NCBI GenBank assembly: GCA_036172245.1 | Contig: JAYWIR010000117.1 | Location: 1 to 64,000, forward strand | Direction of reading: 5' to 3' | Source of the DNA: Raillietiella orientalis | Lineage: Eukaryota | DNA: 64,000 nt | Shown: one piece after another, positions 1-13,005 of the stretch | Layout: the number at the start of each line of letters is the position of its first letter | Position numbering within the stretch: the stretch's first letter is position 1 | Made by a program: the position numbers and the translations under genes | The notes under the pieces: model-generated | The model's input: only the letters and a program-made list of their open reading frames with translations | Told to the model about the DNA's origin: nothing | Databases searched by the model: none

Positions 1-2908
1 AACCTTCGCTACGCGCACGTTCTCCGCACCAGAAATGCTGCCGCTTCACCCTTCCCAGCTGTCACCTCTGCAGCACTTCTTCATCGTGCATCCTTTCTTG
101 TGGGTCGCGCGCATACACCAGTTTCACCCATCCATCACAAGATGACGCATCTCTGCTGATCTTCGCAGAACCTCTATCGTGAAGCCCGTTTCGCTCGAGC
201 CTCGTTTCCACCGAGATGGGCAAGAAGGTAGGCAGCGCAGTTGCACAGCGAAAAAGCGCAGGTGCGAAATGCGCCAGCTCACTTGCCATGCATTTTCTCC
301 TTCGCGTCACACGGATTTCCTGCTGCGTTTCACGCCGTCGTATGCACCGTCACAGCAAACGTTTCCATGCAAATGAAGCAGCAGGAGAGAGTCCGCTTCC
401 ACCGACCTCGCTTGCCCCCGCACCGTTTCGCATGTCGAGCACAGGCTAGAACGCCGTGACCAGCAAGCAAGCTGTTGCCATCAGGCAGTGGAACGCTGGC
501 TGCCGGTGCGTGCCTGCCGCATCCAACGATTTTTCCTTGGGTTCGTGCGGTGGTATCCGTCATCGGCGGCAAGCTCCCACGTGGAGCGCATCGCGCTTCT
601 GCAAGCACGCTCTTGCTGCGCGTTCAGCCGTGTGCGGCGGGGCGGCGCCGCGTTGCTGGCGATCTTACCGGGAAGAAGGGAGGAGAAGGCAGGGAAACGA
701 AGGACGTCGGACAGGTGGACTGCCAGTCTAACGTGGCGTCGCACGGAAAGTCCGGAACAGTCCACAAATACTGATGTAAGAAACACGCAAAAAGTGTGAG
801 AACGAGACGATGACAGGGGTTTCCGCGTTCGACCGTTCCCTGCAAGCGGAACCGGCGCTGCATAACGAACATCTCGCTGCTCGCTCATATCTTCTGGGAG
901 TTCAGGCCGCCTGGCAGCCGTCGTCATGTTGACTTCAGCGAAAGAAGTGTCGTCTCGAGCAACCGCTCGAGACTCCAGCTGGTGGAGGGTTGCGAAGACA
1001 AGGCCTCCTTACGATGAGCGCATCTAACGAAAAGCGGCCAGGCGTGAAGAAGCGGCGCATCCCAATTCTTGGGCTGTCCCCCTGGAGCAGGAGCACGGAT
1101 GCCACCTTCTTCGCAGTGGAGGAAAAGATGCGCGAGCGTTTCCGCACCAGTCTTTGAAGACGCAACTCCCCCGCAGACGATGCTTGCGCTCTGGTTGCAA
1201 TGCAAGCTAACCCATGCGCCATCGGAGCGGGAACACACGCACTCGTCCACGCACGAACGAGAGTCCACAAGTTGTTCTGGTGGCACACTGAAGAGTTCAC
1301 AGCAGCGAAGGACTGCTTTGGGAACATGGCCAGGCGTGGCACCTTCTGCCGGACTCCAGTCGCCCATGGGACGAGTTGATCCCGCCGGTAGGCAACTGTC
1401 CACTAAAGCAGAAAGCGCTGCCGCAAGGGGCGTGGAGAGCCCACTTGTGCTGGTCCTGCAGCACTTCCTCCACTGGACACGATGGGGAAAGGTGCACGCA
1501 ACAAAGTTCCAAAACGACCACTTGCCTCGCGACGGTACCGGCGCGTGTCCCGGTTCGTCGGGCGGCAGGGGAATCAAGAGTGGGCTGCCAGGGACGAGCA
1601 CGAGCTGCCCGAAGGGGAGCTCAAGAAGCCTCTCGTGGTGGCGCGCTGGGCATGCGGCAGCAACGAAAGCAGCAACTGGGGATGACCGAGAGCTTCAGGA
1701 AAACTCTTCATGAGCTCGTACACCGAGTGGATTCGCAATACTCGTACATGCCGTGCATCAACGAACGTTTCTTGGAACAGGTGCTTGGAGAACGCAAAAT
1801 GAGGTGCCTTTCAAGTTGAGTGTTGAGTGTCCCTTCACGGATGCGTTTCGCGAAACTCCAAGCCGTGCACGCGCCACCATCCCGCTCACCAGCCTGCTTG
1901 CTGTTGTCGCACGCAACAAGCAGAGCATGCGCCAACGAACCGTGTCTTTGAGGCAAGCGCGCGTTCCACGCACCGCTGCTGCGCTGAACAAAAAATCCGA
2001 CGCCTATTCCGTCCTTCGCGATTCGCCAAACGGGCGTGTGCTGCGCTGATCCCGACGCTCGTACGGGATGTACGGGAAGGGCCGGTGCACAAGTGCGAGG
2101 ATATTTTAGGGAACGAAACGCGCGCACGCCTTGGATGGTCACAACGTACAAACGACGAAAGACTGCCGCTAGACGGAACGGGAAAAGAGGAAACTAACGA
2201 ACGGGGTGAATTGTTCCCGAGAATGGGGAAGAGGGAAGATCGAGCCAAAGTGGAAGCGTGGGCGTGCGAGAAACGCTCCCGTTTACGTTCCTTCGCACTT
2301 TTCTGTGCATGAGCGTGCACGGAACCAGGATGAAGTGGCACTCGCCAAACGCATTGCTCGAGCGTCGGTTGTGTGTGACGTCAGCACGGCCACATCTCAG
2401 TTCGGCAACGATTCCCGTTGCTTAGCAAAGGAGATTTTTCCTGACGGAAGAACTTGCTGTGTGCTGCTTGCGAATTCGGTTGTCGGATCGACTCGCGCAT
2501 TTCGTGGAAGAGATCGCAACTCGGAGTATCGTACTGCTGCGTAATCCAGCGCTTATCTACTTGTGCGTCTACTTGTGAATTCGGAAGTTCGTAGCGGATA
2601 GCGAATCCATCCCAACCGGAAGTAATTCGCATCCCTGCGAATCCGGAGCTTCGGATTCGGTTCCGAAACCAAACGGAAAGCGAGTCTTGTCGCTCGTGAC
2701 CCCGGAAAAAAAACATCTCGCCTATCCTGCCGCCGAGGTATCCAGGAAGGATTACCGTACTGCCAACTTAGAAAAGCCAGTGGCTGTAATTTAGCAGGAA
2801 AGGAAAGCAGATCCAGAAACAAAGCTGAGCACCGGTAAGATGAATGCAAGGTCCGTGAGAATGTGGGAAATCAATCCTGTGGTGCACGTGTGACGCAGGA
2901 AGTGATTC

Positions 2909-4310
2909 GTGGCTTGTGCACGACTTCCAGGTCGAGTCCCTCGCAATTGGGAAATGTGCTCAGCCTGGATTGGCATGTCTTCCCTGCGTATCGGGAAGGA
3001 GGAGTCCGAATCGCCGAAGCAAAAAGCTTCGTTTCGGACCGCAGACACTGAGAGTCTGTACGCGAAGGCATCCTCTGCGACCGTGTCTTCTCCGAGAATC
3101 CAGAAGCAAACGGAAGAGGAGTGGCCACCGGAGAGCAGCAGTGAGCCTTCCCGCACGGAAGCCAAGCCGAAGAGATGGCTTTGGTTCAGCTGGAAGAAAG
3201 GCAAGGGCAAGAAGAACGGAGCGGAGGAAGCGGGGAGCGGACCAGCCGAGACAGTACCTGTTGCGAACGGCTCCCCGACTACCGAGAAAAGCTGCAAGAA
3301 GCTCGTGAAAGCAACCTCGTTCTTCAAAAGCAACCTCACTCCACAAGAGAAGGAGAGCAAGGAATGCAGAAAGAGGGGGGAAAAAGCCAGCGAGGAAGCA
3401 CGGAAGCGAGACAAGAAACGGAAAGATGAACGGAAGAAGAAGAGAAACGAGGAGGAAAGACAGAAAGCGAAAGAGAAACGGGAGGAAGATCGGGAATGCA
3501 AGAAGAAATGCGGCAACAAACGGAATCGGTTCGTGCTGAAGAAGGTAGAAGTTCGGGAGCAACAGGAGACGAAGGAACGCGTGCCTGCGAATCGCAAAAG
3601 GCAAATGGTTCCGGGTGACGACAAGGAGGCGGCCAGGATGTTTTCAGCAGGGCATGGAAACGTGCGGACGGACGAAGACCACAGACGAAAAGGTGAAGAA
3701 GGAAAAACTGCTGGCTGCCCAGTTCTCCCAGCACAAGGGGCTTGATGCAGCCCCTGGCAACGTGCTACAGAACAAGGCTCTGGCCCTGAACAGTGAAGCA
3801 GCTGCAGGCAAGACAGGGCGACATGGCAAGAAACAGAAGGGCATGCTACTCTGACCACTGCTCCTGAGCCAAACCAGACAACGAGGAAGCATTCTCTGCC
3901 ATTCCAGTCCCCAGGAGTCAGACAACATGAACTACCCTCGGCCTGGCCAGCCGGATAGGTGCTGCAGGCACACAACCTCGACTGCAGAGAAGGCGGAGCC
4001 TCCCGGACCGGACAACAGTGTGCTGGCGTTCAGCCGGCCTATGAGGATGTGCCGAGAAGGTTGGTGGAACGGGTTCTGCATTCCGGCCACTGCACACGCG
4101 TCTCCTCCCATTCGGTGCCCCGGGTGGAGTTTGCGGATGCGCGTCGCTCGTTCTGCACGTTCGCGCACGAACGTACGCGTACCTGTGCGTGGCTCGTGTG
4201 GAGCTCGCAACGCGTTTGCATGCGTTTGGTCGAGAAACTTGCTTTTTCTTCGCTTGTGCGCGAAACAAGGAAGGACGGAAAAGAAGAAGAGCCGTTGCAC
4301 GTGTTCTTGA
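2909..4310 (+). CDS. Lys/Glu-rich low-complexity protein of unknown function, copy 1 (frame disrupted in the garbled patch ~3632-4050)
   Basis: ORF 2909-3745 (…KRWLWFSWKKGKGKKNG…KDERKKKRNEEERQKAKEKREEDRECKKK…) with purine-rich coding-like bias; tail ORF 3927-4310 matches the end of the copy-3 ORF. Plausible acceptor TTCCAG at 2930 and a small upstream exon 2798-2834 ending in GTAAG. Confidence 0.5.
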
Positions 4311-4573
4311 CCGGAAGCCGGTAGAAGGGGTGCGCATTTCGGAAAACTGCAGGCTTGTCTGGAAAGAGCGCCGCTGCGTTGCCTTCGGGAATTTCACAGG
4401 CGCGATTTGTTCTTCAAACTCTTTCCGGAACAAGGTGGCCATTTATCCGAGTGCAAGCGGCTGCGTGAGCATTTTGCCGAGCCGAACGTTCCGGAAGCAA
4501 GGCAATTGCACTTGGGATGCGAAGAAAAGGAACGATAATTTCCCTTCGCACGAACGTTTCGTGTGCTTCTCTC

Positions 4574-5873
4574 ATGGCAGCGTTTCGACGTGATGGCGGT
4601 GGCGGGAGCGGTGCGCCGACGGCTTGCGAGGCACGCGTGTTGCCGTCGCGTTGTCCGATCGGTTGAATGCATGAAAAATGCTAATGAGACGCTTCTTGTT
4701 TTTCCCAAAGGGCAAATCGAGTGCGTGGTCCCGGCACTGGAATCCTTGATAACGCGATTGGAGATAGTAGCCACGGCGCTGGAAGCTGCGGCAACGGAGG
4801 CCGAACTTGGCGTGGAGCAGTCGGATGGCTTTGGTAATTGCGACTGTCCGCGTGCAATGGCTTGCTGCTTGCCCGCAAGTCCGATGTGCACGTCCGCGCT
4901 GCCTGGAATAGCCGAAATCGGCAGAGCGACGCGTGCAGCGAAGATGAGCTCGAGCAGCCATTCTCGCTTTCTGTCGACCTAACACGGCTTGGCTCATCAG
5001 CTCACAACTCACGGGTTGCTAACAGCTCGCAATGGAGAAACAGCGTGCCTTCCATCGTCCAGAATGTCGATACCTTGTTTGCCGCTGTTTCCAGAGATCA
5101 GCAATCCGTGGCTCGAAGATTACGCCCGAATTGGGAAGGGATCTTTGGCCGTCTACCGCAATCTGTCGGCCAAGATCTCGGAAGCGGTTCGCAAGCACTC
5201 GGACATGGTGCTGAAAGCATTCAAGTAAGCGCTTGTTGTTCATAAGGCCACGATGGAAGGTTCCCTCTCCTCGGTTTCCCAGTTGCTAACCATCTTTCTT
5301 TCCTGTTGCAGGATCCAGGGGCGTTTGATGCAACTAATATGCCGCTCGCAGGAACCCGACGACTCGAAAGTGCTCGACCTCCTTCAACCGCTTTCCGAGT
5401 GCATCGTGCAGATCGAGGCATTCGAGCAAAGTCAGCGCGACACCGAGACGCATGTTCACCTGTGTGTGATCAGCCAGAGTGTGGCAGCCATCCTTTGGGT
5501 GACCATGGTAGGTGGTCGGGCACGCATCCGCAAACTTTCTTTCCTTTTCGTAGAGCCCCTATCCCGCGGATGCTGTTCGAGACATGATGTTTTTATGCCG
5601 ACTCCCCGTGAAGCGCGTCCTCCAGGAATGGAAGCAAAAGTGAGTTTCCGGGTCGAAGGGAAGATCGGGAAAAGATGGTGCTTGCTCGTTTCTTTCAGCG
5701 ATGATCATGTGTGTTGGGTGAAGTCGTGGATGGCCGTATTGTCCGAGTTGCACAGTTTGGCGAAAACCCATCACACGACGTGGGTCCCATGGCACGCAAA
5801 AGGTGCCAGCGTTGAGGAGCACACCCCACCTCCACCCTTGCCGACCTCTTCCCACTCTCCTACGCCCCGGTGA
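4574..5873 (+). CDS. CAP: Divergent cyclase-associated protein (CAP/Srv2) paralog, N-terminal half only, 248 aa; exons 4574-4610, 4711-4833, 5095-5224, 5312-5507, 5554-5639, 5699-5873
   Basis: All introns are GT-AG and phase-compatible. The spliced product has the N-terminal RLE coiled-coil motif (LESLITRLEIVATALE), the helical folded domain (…VRKHSDMVLKAFK…DLLQPLSECIVQI…HLCVISQSVAAILWVTM…RVLQEWKQ…DHVCWVKSWMAVLSELHSLAKTHHTTWVPW) and a PPPPLP tract, colinear with animal CAP1/CAP2. The first exon and the 3' end are less certain. Confidence 0.85.
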
Positions 5874-8800
5874 CCCGGAAGGCCTGCTTTGCTTGCACGT
5901 TCGAATGCAGGCAAAGCAGTCACAATAAATACGTGTCGAATTTCGAATGCTCTTTCAGTTCTTGAATGGTCCACGACTGCCAAGTCGCCCATTCCACATT
6001 ACCGAAAGTTTGGCACCATGCGACGGCACCAACCAAGTTGTGCAGAATGCTCAGCCACTTTTCAGCGTTGTTTTCATTTTGCCTCGTTCCCTCGAATGCT
6101 CTGAATGAGGAAAACAAGCAGAAAAGAACCGCAAAAGATCAAAGTCGACTTCGACTGCATCCACTCAATTTTGGCACACATTGGAATGGGACGCTCCTTT
6201 TTCGCTTCCAAATGCAACACGCACCCTGCGCCGTCCAGCGAGAGCCAACTCTCGTGAAACCACTGCTCTCCAAAGTAGCGAAGATGAAGTTTCAGCCACA
6301 GCGGATTCCACCCAAAGCTGACCAAGGCAGCAACAGTCAGAAGATTGGACGGACCCATATTGAGAATCCAAACCGGGCATGCCGTCCACCCATTTAGTAC
6401 CAGCCGAACACATTTTCCACTTTTTTCTTACGAAAAGGGAACTCGTTCATCCCTTCGCACCGCGGTGGGAAGACTATGTCCACTGATAGTCAGACTTTTC
6501 GGATGACTCAAAATAGGAGATTGCGACTGATCTCGTTGTTTCTGCCTGAATGCCCTGTTCCCTGTTGCACGCAGCATCCAGCTGCTAACCGGATTCGCTT
6601 CAGTCCTCACGATGTCGGTCGACTCGTGCCGACATGCCATTGTGGAAAATGAACTAACAGAGGTGGTGGAAGGAATGGCGCGAAGGATGTGCGCAGACTC
6701 GCCAGGTTCGCTGGTCCGCAGCAGAATTGCAGAAGGACAAGCAAGAACGGGAAGAAAATGAAAAAGCAAATAGGAAGAAATGGGGGGAAGACGCTTGGAA
6801 GGGATCGCTGCCTGTTCCTCTGCATCTTTCCTAAGGTGCCGGCGGGGTGTTGCTGAACGCTTCCCAGCTGGGACCATCTTAATGCTTTTCGTGGGAAGCA
6901 AATGGCCACGCGGAACGATGGCGCGTCCGTGTCTCCCAGGCGTCGCCGCAGGCCGCCACGATCCGGCTCTAGCCGCAATGAGCTGCTAGGGACGCGGCTG
7001 GCGGTAGATGCATCACTTCCAAACGCTCCTGCAATTGTATCCCCGGTATCCCAAGGGTGGGCACAACAAAGTTTAACCAGCAGGAAGCCTGAGAGCCACA
7101 GAATCCGCATTCAGCTGCGGGCGGATCCGCGCTCTCCGTGCCGGCTCTAGTTGGGGCTCCCACACAACCCGGGTCCAGTGAAGTCGGAGGGGGTTCGAAG
7201 AGAAACAATCCCAGTGCAACAGCAGAATCGCCGAATACGTAACCAAAAAGGTAAGATGTAAGTGTTCTCAGGAGGACTGGGGACCATCGGTAGTCTCGCC
7301 GGGGAATAGCCAAGAGCTCGCGGCTGCGAAGACGTAGGGCACTTGGTACCTGCGAGCTCGCTGTAGATCAACCACCCAAGTCTTTCTTCCTGGAGTTGAA
7401 CTCTCACGAGACCTTCCACCTTCTTGGCATGCTGCTGCCCAAGAAGCTCCCTCAGGCATCATTGCCGCGTGGGAGGTTCAATCCAGGCTCAGCTCCCTTG
7501 CCACGATGCACGACTGTTTCCTGGAGGCAGAAATTGTTACAGAAGCAGTACAGCAACCGCCGCCGTGACTCCGGGCCCGTCTGCTTGCTATTCGCCCGCG
7601 TGCCCAGTTTCCTGCAAGCAAACGCTACCGTTCGCGGGGCGATCCTGCTGGACGTCCTGCTCTTCTTCCTGGTCGGTGAGACGTGATGCGAAGTGCGCAG
7701 TGGGCCACGTTGGACAGCATGCCGAGCATACCAAGAAAGTGGATGCGATGTTTTCGCAAGGATGGGCGTCGAAGGCAGAACGAACTCGAGTGCAAACGTT
7801 GGGAATGCTTTCGGTACACTTTTGACGAGACCGATCAGGTGTGAGAAAATCCCAACGTGGAGGAAAGCGTGTATTCCATCTTCTCCAGGTGTTGACCGTA
7901 TGCGCCTTGCGCCGCGTCAGAAAAGACGCAGGAGAGCTGTCCTGCTCCGGCGCTGCAAGACGGCCCCGGATCGTCGGCAATCCGAGCAACAGGGTCGGGC
8001 AAACCGCCTTCGCTTTTTTCGCAGCGCCTCCCTTTTTTGCAACGGAGGAGGGTGCTGTGCCCTCGCCTGCCTCGCACTGCTTGGCAACGAATGACGTCGT
8101 GCAGAGCGGAGGCAGCAGCCACCTCGAGAGCTAGCTCGTTTCTCCGGGAACGCCTGCCGCGCACAATCTTCGCTTCGATCTTCCTCGGCCATCAGCGAAC
8201 CTTTCTGCGCGCAATCCTCCCCCCAACTGCGTGCGCAGTGGCGCGACAACGCGCGTGTCTGCGACAAGAAAGGAACACTTGTTCCCGAATGGCAATCCCG
8301 GAGATGGAGGCCGGCAGGCTTTGCAGATGGAACGCGGAAGAGCTGGCCCGGTCATTGCGGAAGCCGGTCGGATAGCTGGCTTCTTGCGAAACGACGCATC
8401 TGCACAACGTCGCTGCCGTTGGCCGTTTCATTTGCTCCCTCCGTTCAAGCAAGCCTTCGCTACGCGCACGTTCTCCGCACCGGAAATGCTGCCGCTTCAC
8501 CCTTCCCAGCTGTCACCTCTGCAGCACTTCTTCATCGTGCATCCTTTCTTGTGGGTCACGCGCATACACCAGTTTCACCCATCCATCACGAGATGACGCA
8601 TCTCTGCTGATCTTCGCAGAACCTCTATCGTGAAGCCCGTTTCGCTCGTGCCTCGTTTCCACCGAGGATGGGCAAGAAGGTAGGCAGCGAAAAAGCGCAC
8701 GTGCGAAATGCGCCAGCTCACTTGCCATGCACTTTCTCCTTCACGTCACACGGCTTTCCTGCTGCGTTTCACGCCGTCGTATGCACCGTCACAGCAAACG

Positions 8801-11303
8801 TTTCCATGCAAATGAAGCAACAGGAGAGAGTCCGCTTCCACCGACCTCGCTTGCCCCCGCACCGTTTCGCATGTCGAGCACAGGCTAGAACGCTGTGACC
8901 AGCAAGCAAGCTGTTGCCATCAGGCAGTGGAACGCTGGCTGCCGGTGCGTGCCTGCCGCATCCAACGATTTTTGCTTGGGTTCGTGCGCTGGTATCCGTC
9001 ATCGGCGGCAAGCTGCCACGTTGAGCGCATCGCGCTTCTGCAAGCACGCTCTTGCTGCGCGTTCAGCCGTGTGCGGCGGCGCCGCGTTGCTCGCGATCTT
9101 TCCGGGAAGAAGGGAGGATGAAGGCAGGGAAAGGAAGGACGTCGGACAGGTGGACTGCCAGTCTAACGTGGCGTCGCACGGAAAGGCCGGAACAGTCCAC
9201 AAATACTCATGTAAGAAACACGCAAAAAGTGTGAGAACGAGACGATGACAGGGGTTTGCGCGTTCGGCCGTTCCCTGCAAGCGCAACCGGCGCTGCGTAA
9301 CGAACATCTCGCTGCTCGCTCATATCTTCTGGCAGTTCAGGCCGCCTGGCAGCCGTCGTCATGTTGACTTCAGCGAAAGAAGTGTCGTCTCGAGGAACCG
9401 CCCGAGACTCCAGCTGGTGGAGGGTTGCGAAGATAAGGCCTCCTTACGATGAGCGCATCTAACGGAAAGCGGCCAGGCGTGAAGAAGCGGCGCATCCCAA
9501 TTCTTGGGCTGTCCCCCTGCAGCAGGAGCACGGATGCAGTGGACGAAAAGATGCGGGAGCGTTTCCGCACCAGTCTTTGAAGACGCAACTCCCCCGCAGA
9601 CGATGCTTGCGCTCTGGTTGCAATGCAAGCTAACCCATGCGCCATCGGAGCGGGAACACTTTTGCTGTCCGCTGCGAACGAAGTCCACAAGTTGTTCTGT
9701 TGGCACACTGAAAGATCACAGCAGCGAAGGACTGCTTTGAGGCCTGTAGAAGCCAAGGCATGGCACCTTTGCGGACCTCAGTCGCCCATGGGACGGGTTG
9801 GTGATCCCGCCGGTAGGCAACCTCCACTAAGCGGAAAGCGCCTGCTGTGTGACCTGTATGGCTGCCGGCGCCTTCCTCCTGGGACACCAGTAGGGGAAGG
9901 GTACTGCAACAAAGTTCTCTCCCACCCCTCCTGACAAGGTACCGGCGTATCCCTGGTCGTCAGGCAACAGGGAATCAAAATGTGCAAGAGACTCGAGCAC
10001 AGAGCTTTGTAAAAACTCAGAAGCCTCTCGTGGTGGCGCGCTGGGCATGCTGCTGCGCTGGCAAAGCAGCAATACAGGGGATGACCGAGAGCTTCAGGAA
10101 AACTCTTCATGAGCTCGTACACCGAGTGGATTCGCAGTACTCGTACATGCCGTGCATCAACGAACGTTTCTTGGAACAGGTGCTTGGAGAACGCAAAATG
10201 AGGTGCCTTTCAAGTTGAGTGTTGAGTGTCCCTTCACGGATGCGTTTCGCGAAACTCCAAGCCGTGCACGCGCCACCATCCCGCTCACCAGCCTGCTTGC
10301 TGTTGTCGCACGCAACAAGCAGAGCATGCGCCAACGAACCGTGTCTTTGAGGCAAGCGCGCGTTCCACGCACCGCTGCTGCGCTGAACAAAAAATCCGAC
10401 GCCTATTCCGTCCTTCGCGATTCGCCCAACGGGCGTGTGCTGCGCTGATCCCGACGCTCGTACGGGATGTACGGGAAGGGCCGGTGCACAAGTGCGAGGA
10501 TATTCCAGGGAACGGAACGCGCACGCCTTGGATGGTCACAACGTACAAACGACGAAAGACTGCCGCTAGACGGGACGAGAAAAGAGGAAAGCGACGAACG
10601 GGCCGAATCGTTCCCGAGAATGGGGAACAGCGAAGATCGAGCCAAAGTGGGAGCGTGGGCGTGCGAGAAACGCTCCCGTTTCCCTTCCTTCGCACTTTTC
10701 TGCGCATGAGCGTGCACCGAACCAGGATGAAGTGGCACTCGCCCAAGGCATTGCTCGAGCGTCGGTTGTGTGACGTGAGCACGGCCACCTCTCACTTCGA
10801 CAACGATTCCCGTTGCTTAGCAAAGGAGATTTTTCCTGACGGAAGAATTTGCTGTGTGCTGCTTGCGAATTCGGTTGTCGGATCGACTCGCGCATTTCGT
10901 GGAAGAGATCGCAACTCGGAGTATCGTACTGCTGCGTAATCCAGCGCTTATCTACTTGTGCGTCTACTTGTGAATTCGGAAGTTCGTAGCGGATAGCGAA
11001 TCAATCCCAACCGGAAGTAATTCGCATCCCTGCGAATCCGGAACTTCGGATTCGGTTCCGAAACCAAACGGAAAGCGAGTCTTGTCGCTCGTGACCCCGG
11101 AAAAAACACATCTCGCCTATCCTGCCGCCGAGGTATCCAGGAAGGATAACCGTACTGCCAACTTAGAAAAGCCAGTGGCTGTAAGGTAGCAGGAAAGGAA
11201 AGCAGATCTAGAAACAAAGCTGAGCACCGGTAAGATGAATGCGAGGTCCGTGAGAATGTGGGAAATCAATCCTGTGGTGCACGTGTGACGCAGGAAGTGA
11301 TTC

Positions 11304-12481
11304 GTGGCTTGTGCACGACTTCCAGGTCGAGTCCCTCGCAATTGGGAAATGTGCTCAGCCTGGATTGGCATGTCTTCCTTGCGTATCGGGAAGGAGGAGT
11401 CCGAATCGCCGAAGCAAAAAGCTTCGTTTCGGACCGCAGACACTGAGAGTGTGTACGCGAAGGCATCCTCTGCTACCGTGTCTTCTCCGAGAATCCAGAA
11501 GCAAACGGAAGAGGAGTGGCCAGCGGAGAGCAGCAGTGAGCCTTCCCGCGCGGAACCCAAGCCGAAGAGATGGCTTTGGTTCAGCTGGAAGAAAGGCAAG
11601 GGCAAGATGAACGGAGCGGAGGAAGCGGGGAGCGGACCAGCCGAGAGAGTACCTGTTGCGAACGGCTCCCCGACTACCGACAAAAGCTGCAAGAAGCTCG
11701 TGAAAGCAACCTCGTTCTTCAAAAGCAACCTCACTCCACAAGAGAAGGAGAGCAAGGAATGCAGAAAGAGGGGGAAAAAGCCAGCAAGGAAGCACGGAAG
11801 CGAGACAAGAAACTGAAAGATGAACGGAAGAAGAAGAGAAACGAGGAGGAAAGACAGAAAGCGAAAGAGAAACGGGAGGAAGATCGGGAATGCAAGAAGA
11901 AATCCGGCAACAAACGGAATCGGTTCGTTCCGAAGAAGGTAGAAGTTCAGGAGCAACAGGAGACGAAGGAACGCGTGCCTGCGAATCGCAAAAGGCAAAT
12001 GGTTCCGGGTGACGACAAGGAGGCGGCCGAAACGATTGCTTCCAAGCAGGAGCATGGAAACGGCGAACGAACGAAGACCACGAACGAAAAGGCGAAGAAA
12101 GGAAAAACGCTAGCTTGCTTCCGTTTCTCCAAGCACAGGGGAAGGAGAACCGGAGAAGATGCGACCCTGGCAACGTCCTTGCCAGGGAACGAACCTACGA
12201 AACGCGAAGTCTCGAGCAAACTGCGAGGCAAAGACGGAGGCGGCGACGTAGCCAGGGAGCAGGAAGAGCATTGCTGCTCGATGCTGCTCACGGAGCCCAA
12301 GCGGAACGAAGGAAGCGACTGCCGCCATTCCCGTGTCTGGGGAGTCGATGGCGCCGAACTGCCCTCGGCAGCTGTGGATAGGTGCGCAGGCACACATAGC
12401 CTCGAACTGCGAAGAAGAAAGCAGACCTCTCCAGATGGGTGGCTGGTCAGCCGCAGCGTTCAGTGCGACTATGGAGATTAG
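11304..12481 (+). pseudogene. Lys/Glu-rich ORF, copy 2 (frameshift in the G/A homopolymer near 11770-11780; TAG at 12479)
   Basis: ORFs 11304-11816 and 11570-12481 together reproduce the copy-1/copy-3 protein; the lesion is in a homopolymer and may be a sequencing error. Confidence 0.5.
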
Positions 12482-13005
12482 TGCCGAGAAGGTTGGTGGA
12501 ACGGGTTCTGCATTCCGGCCACTGCACACGCGTCTCCTCCCATTCGGTGCCCCGGGTGGAGTTTGCGGATGCGCGTCGCTCGTTCTGCACGTTCGCGCAC
12601 GAACGTACGCGTACCTGTGCGTGGCTCGTGTGGAGCTCGCAACGCGTTTGCATGCGTTTGGTCGAGAAACTTGCTTTTTCTTCGCTTGTGCGCGAAACAA
12701 GGAAGGACGGAAAAGAAGAAGAGCCGTTGCACGTGTTCTTGACCGGAAGCCGGTAGAAGGGGTGCGCATTTCGGGAAACTGCAGGCTTGTCTGGAAAGAG
12801 CGCCGCTGCGTTGCCTTCGGGAATTTCACAGGCGCGATTTGTTCTTCAAACTCTTTCCGGAACAAGGTGGCCATTTATCCGAGTGCAAGCGGCTGCGTGA
12901 GCATTTTGTCGAGCCGAACGTTTCGCAAGCAAGGCAATTGCACTTGGGATGCGAAGAAAAGGAACGATAATTTCCCTTCGCACGAACGTTTCGTGTGCTT
13001 CTCTC

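Noticed and set aside
1110..1150. ETLAHLFLHC on the minus strand, resembling the LINE C-terminal zinc-binding motif
   Set aside because: No properly spaced upstream CxxC and no other retroelement motif in the unit; likely chance.
1710..1790. KKRSLMHGMYEYCEST on the minus strand, resembling a kinase subdomain IV-V segment
   Set aside because: Isolated short resemblance with no other kinase motifs nearby.
1990..2030. Array unit as a tandem Helitron, rDNA unit or CRISPR-like array
   Set aside because: No CTRR end with a subterminal hairpin at the junction, no Rep/helicase, no rRNA signatures and no short repeat-spacer pattern.
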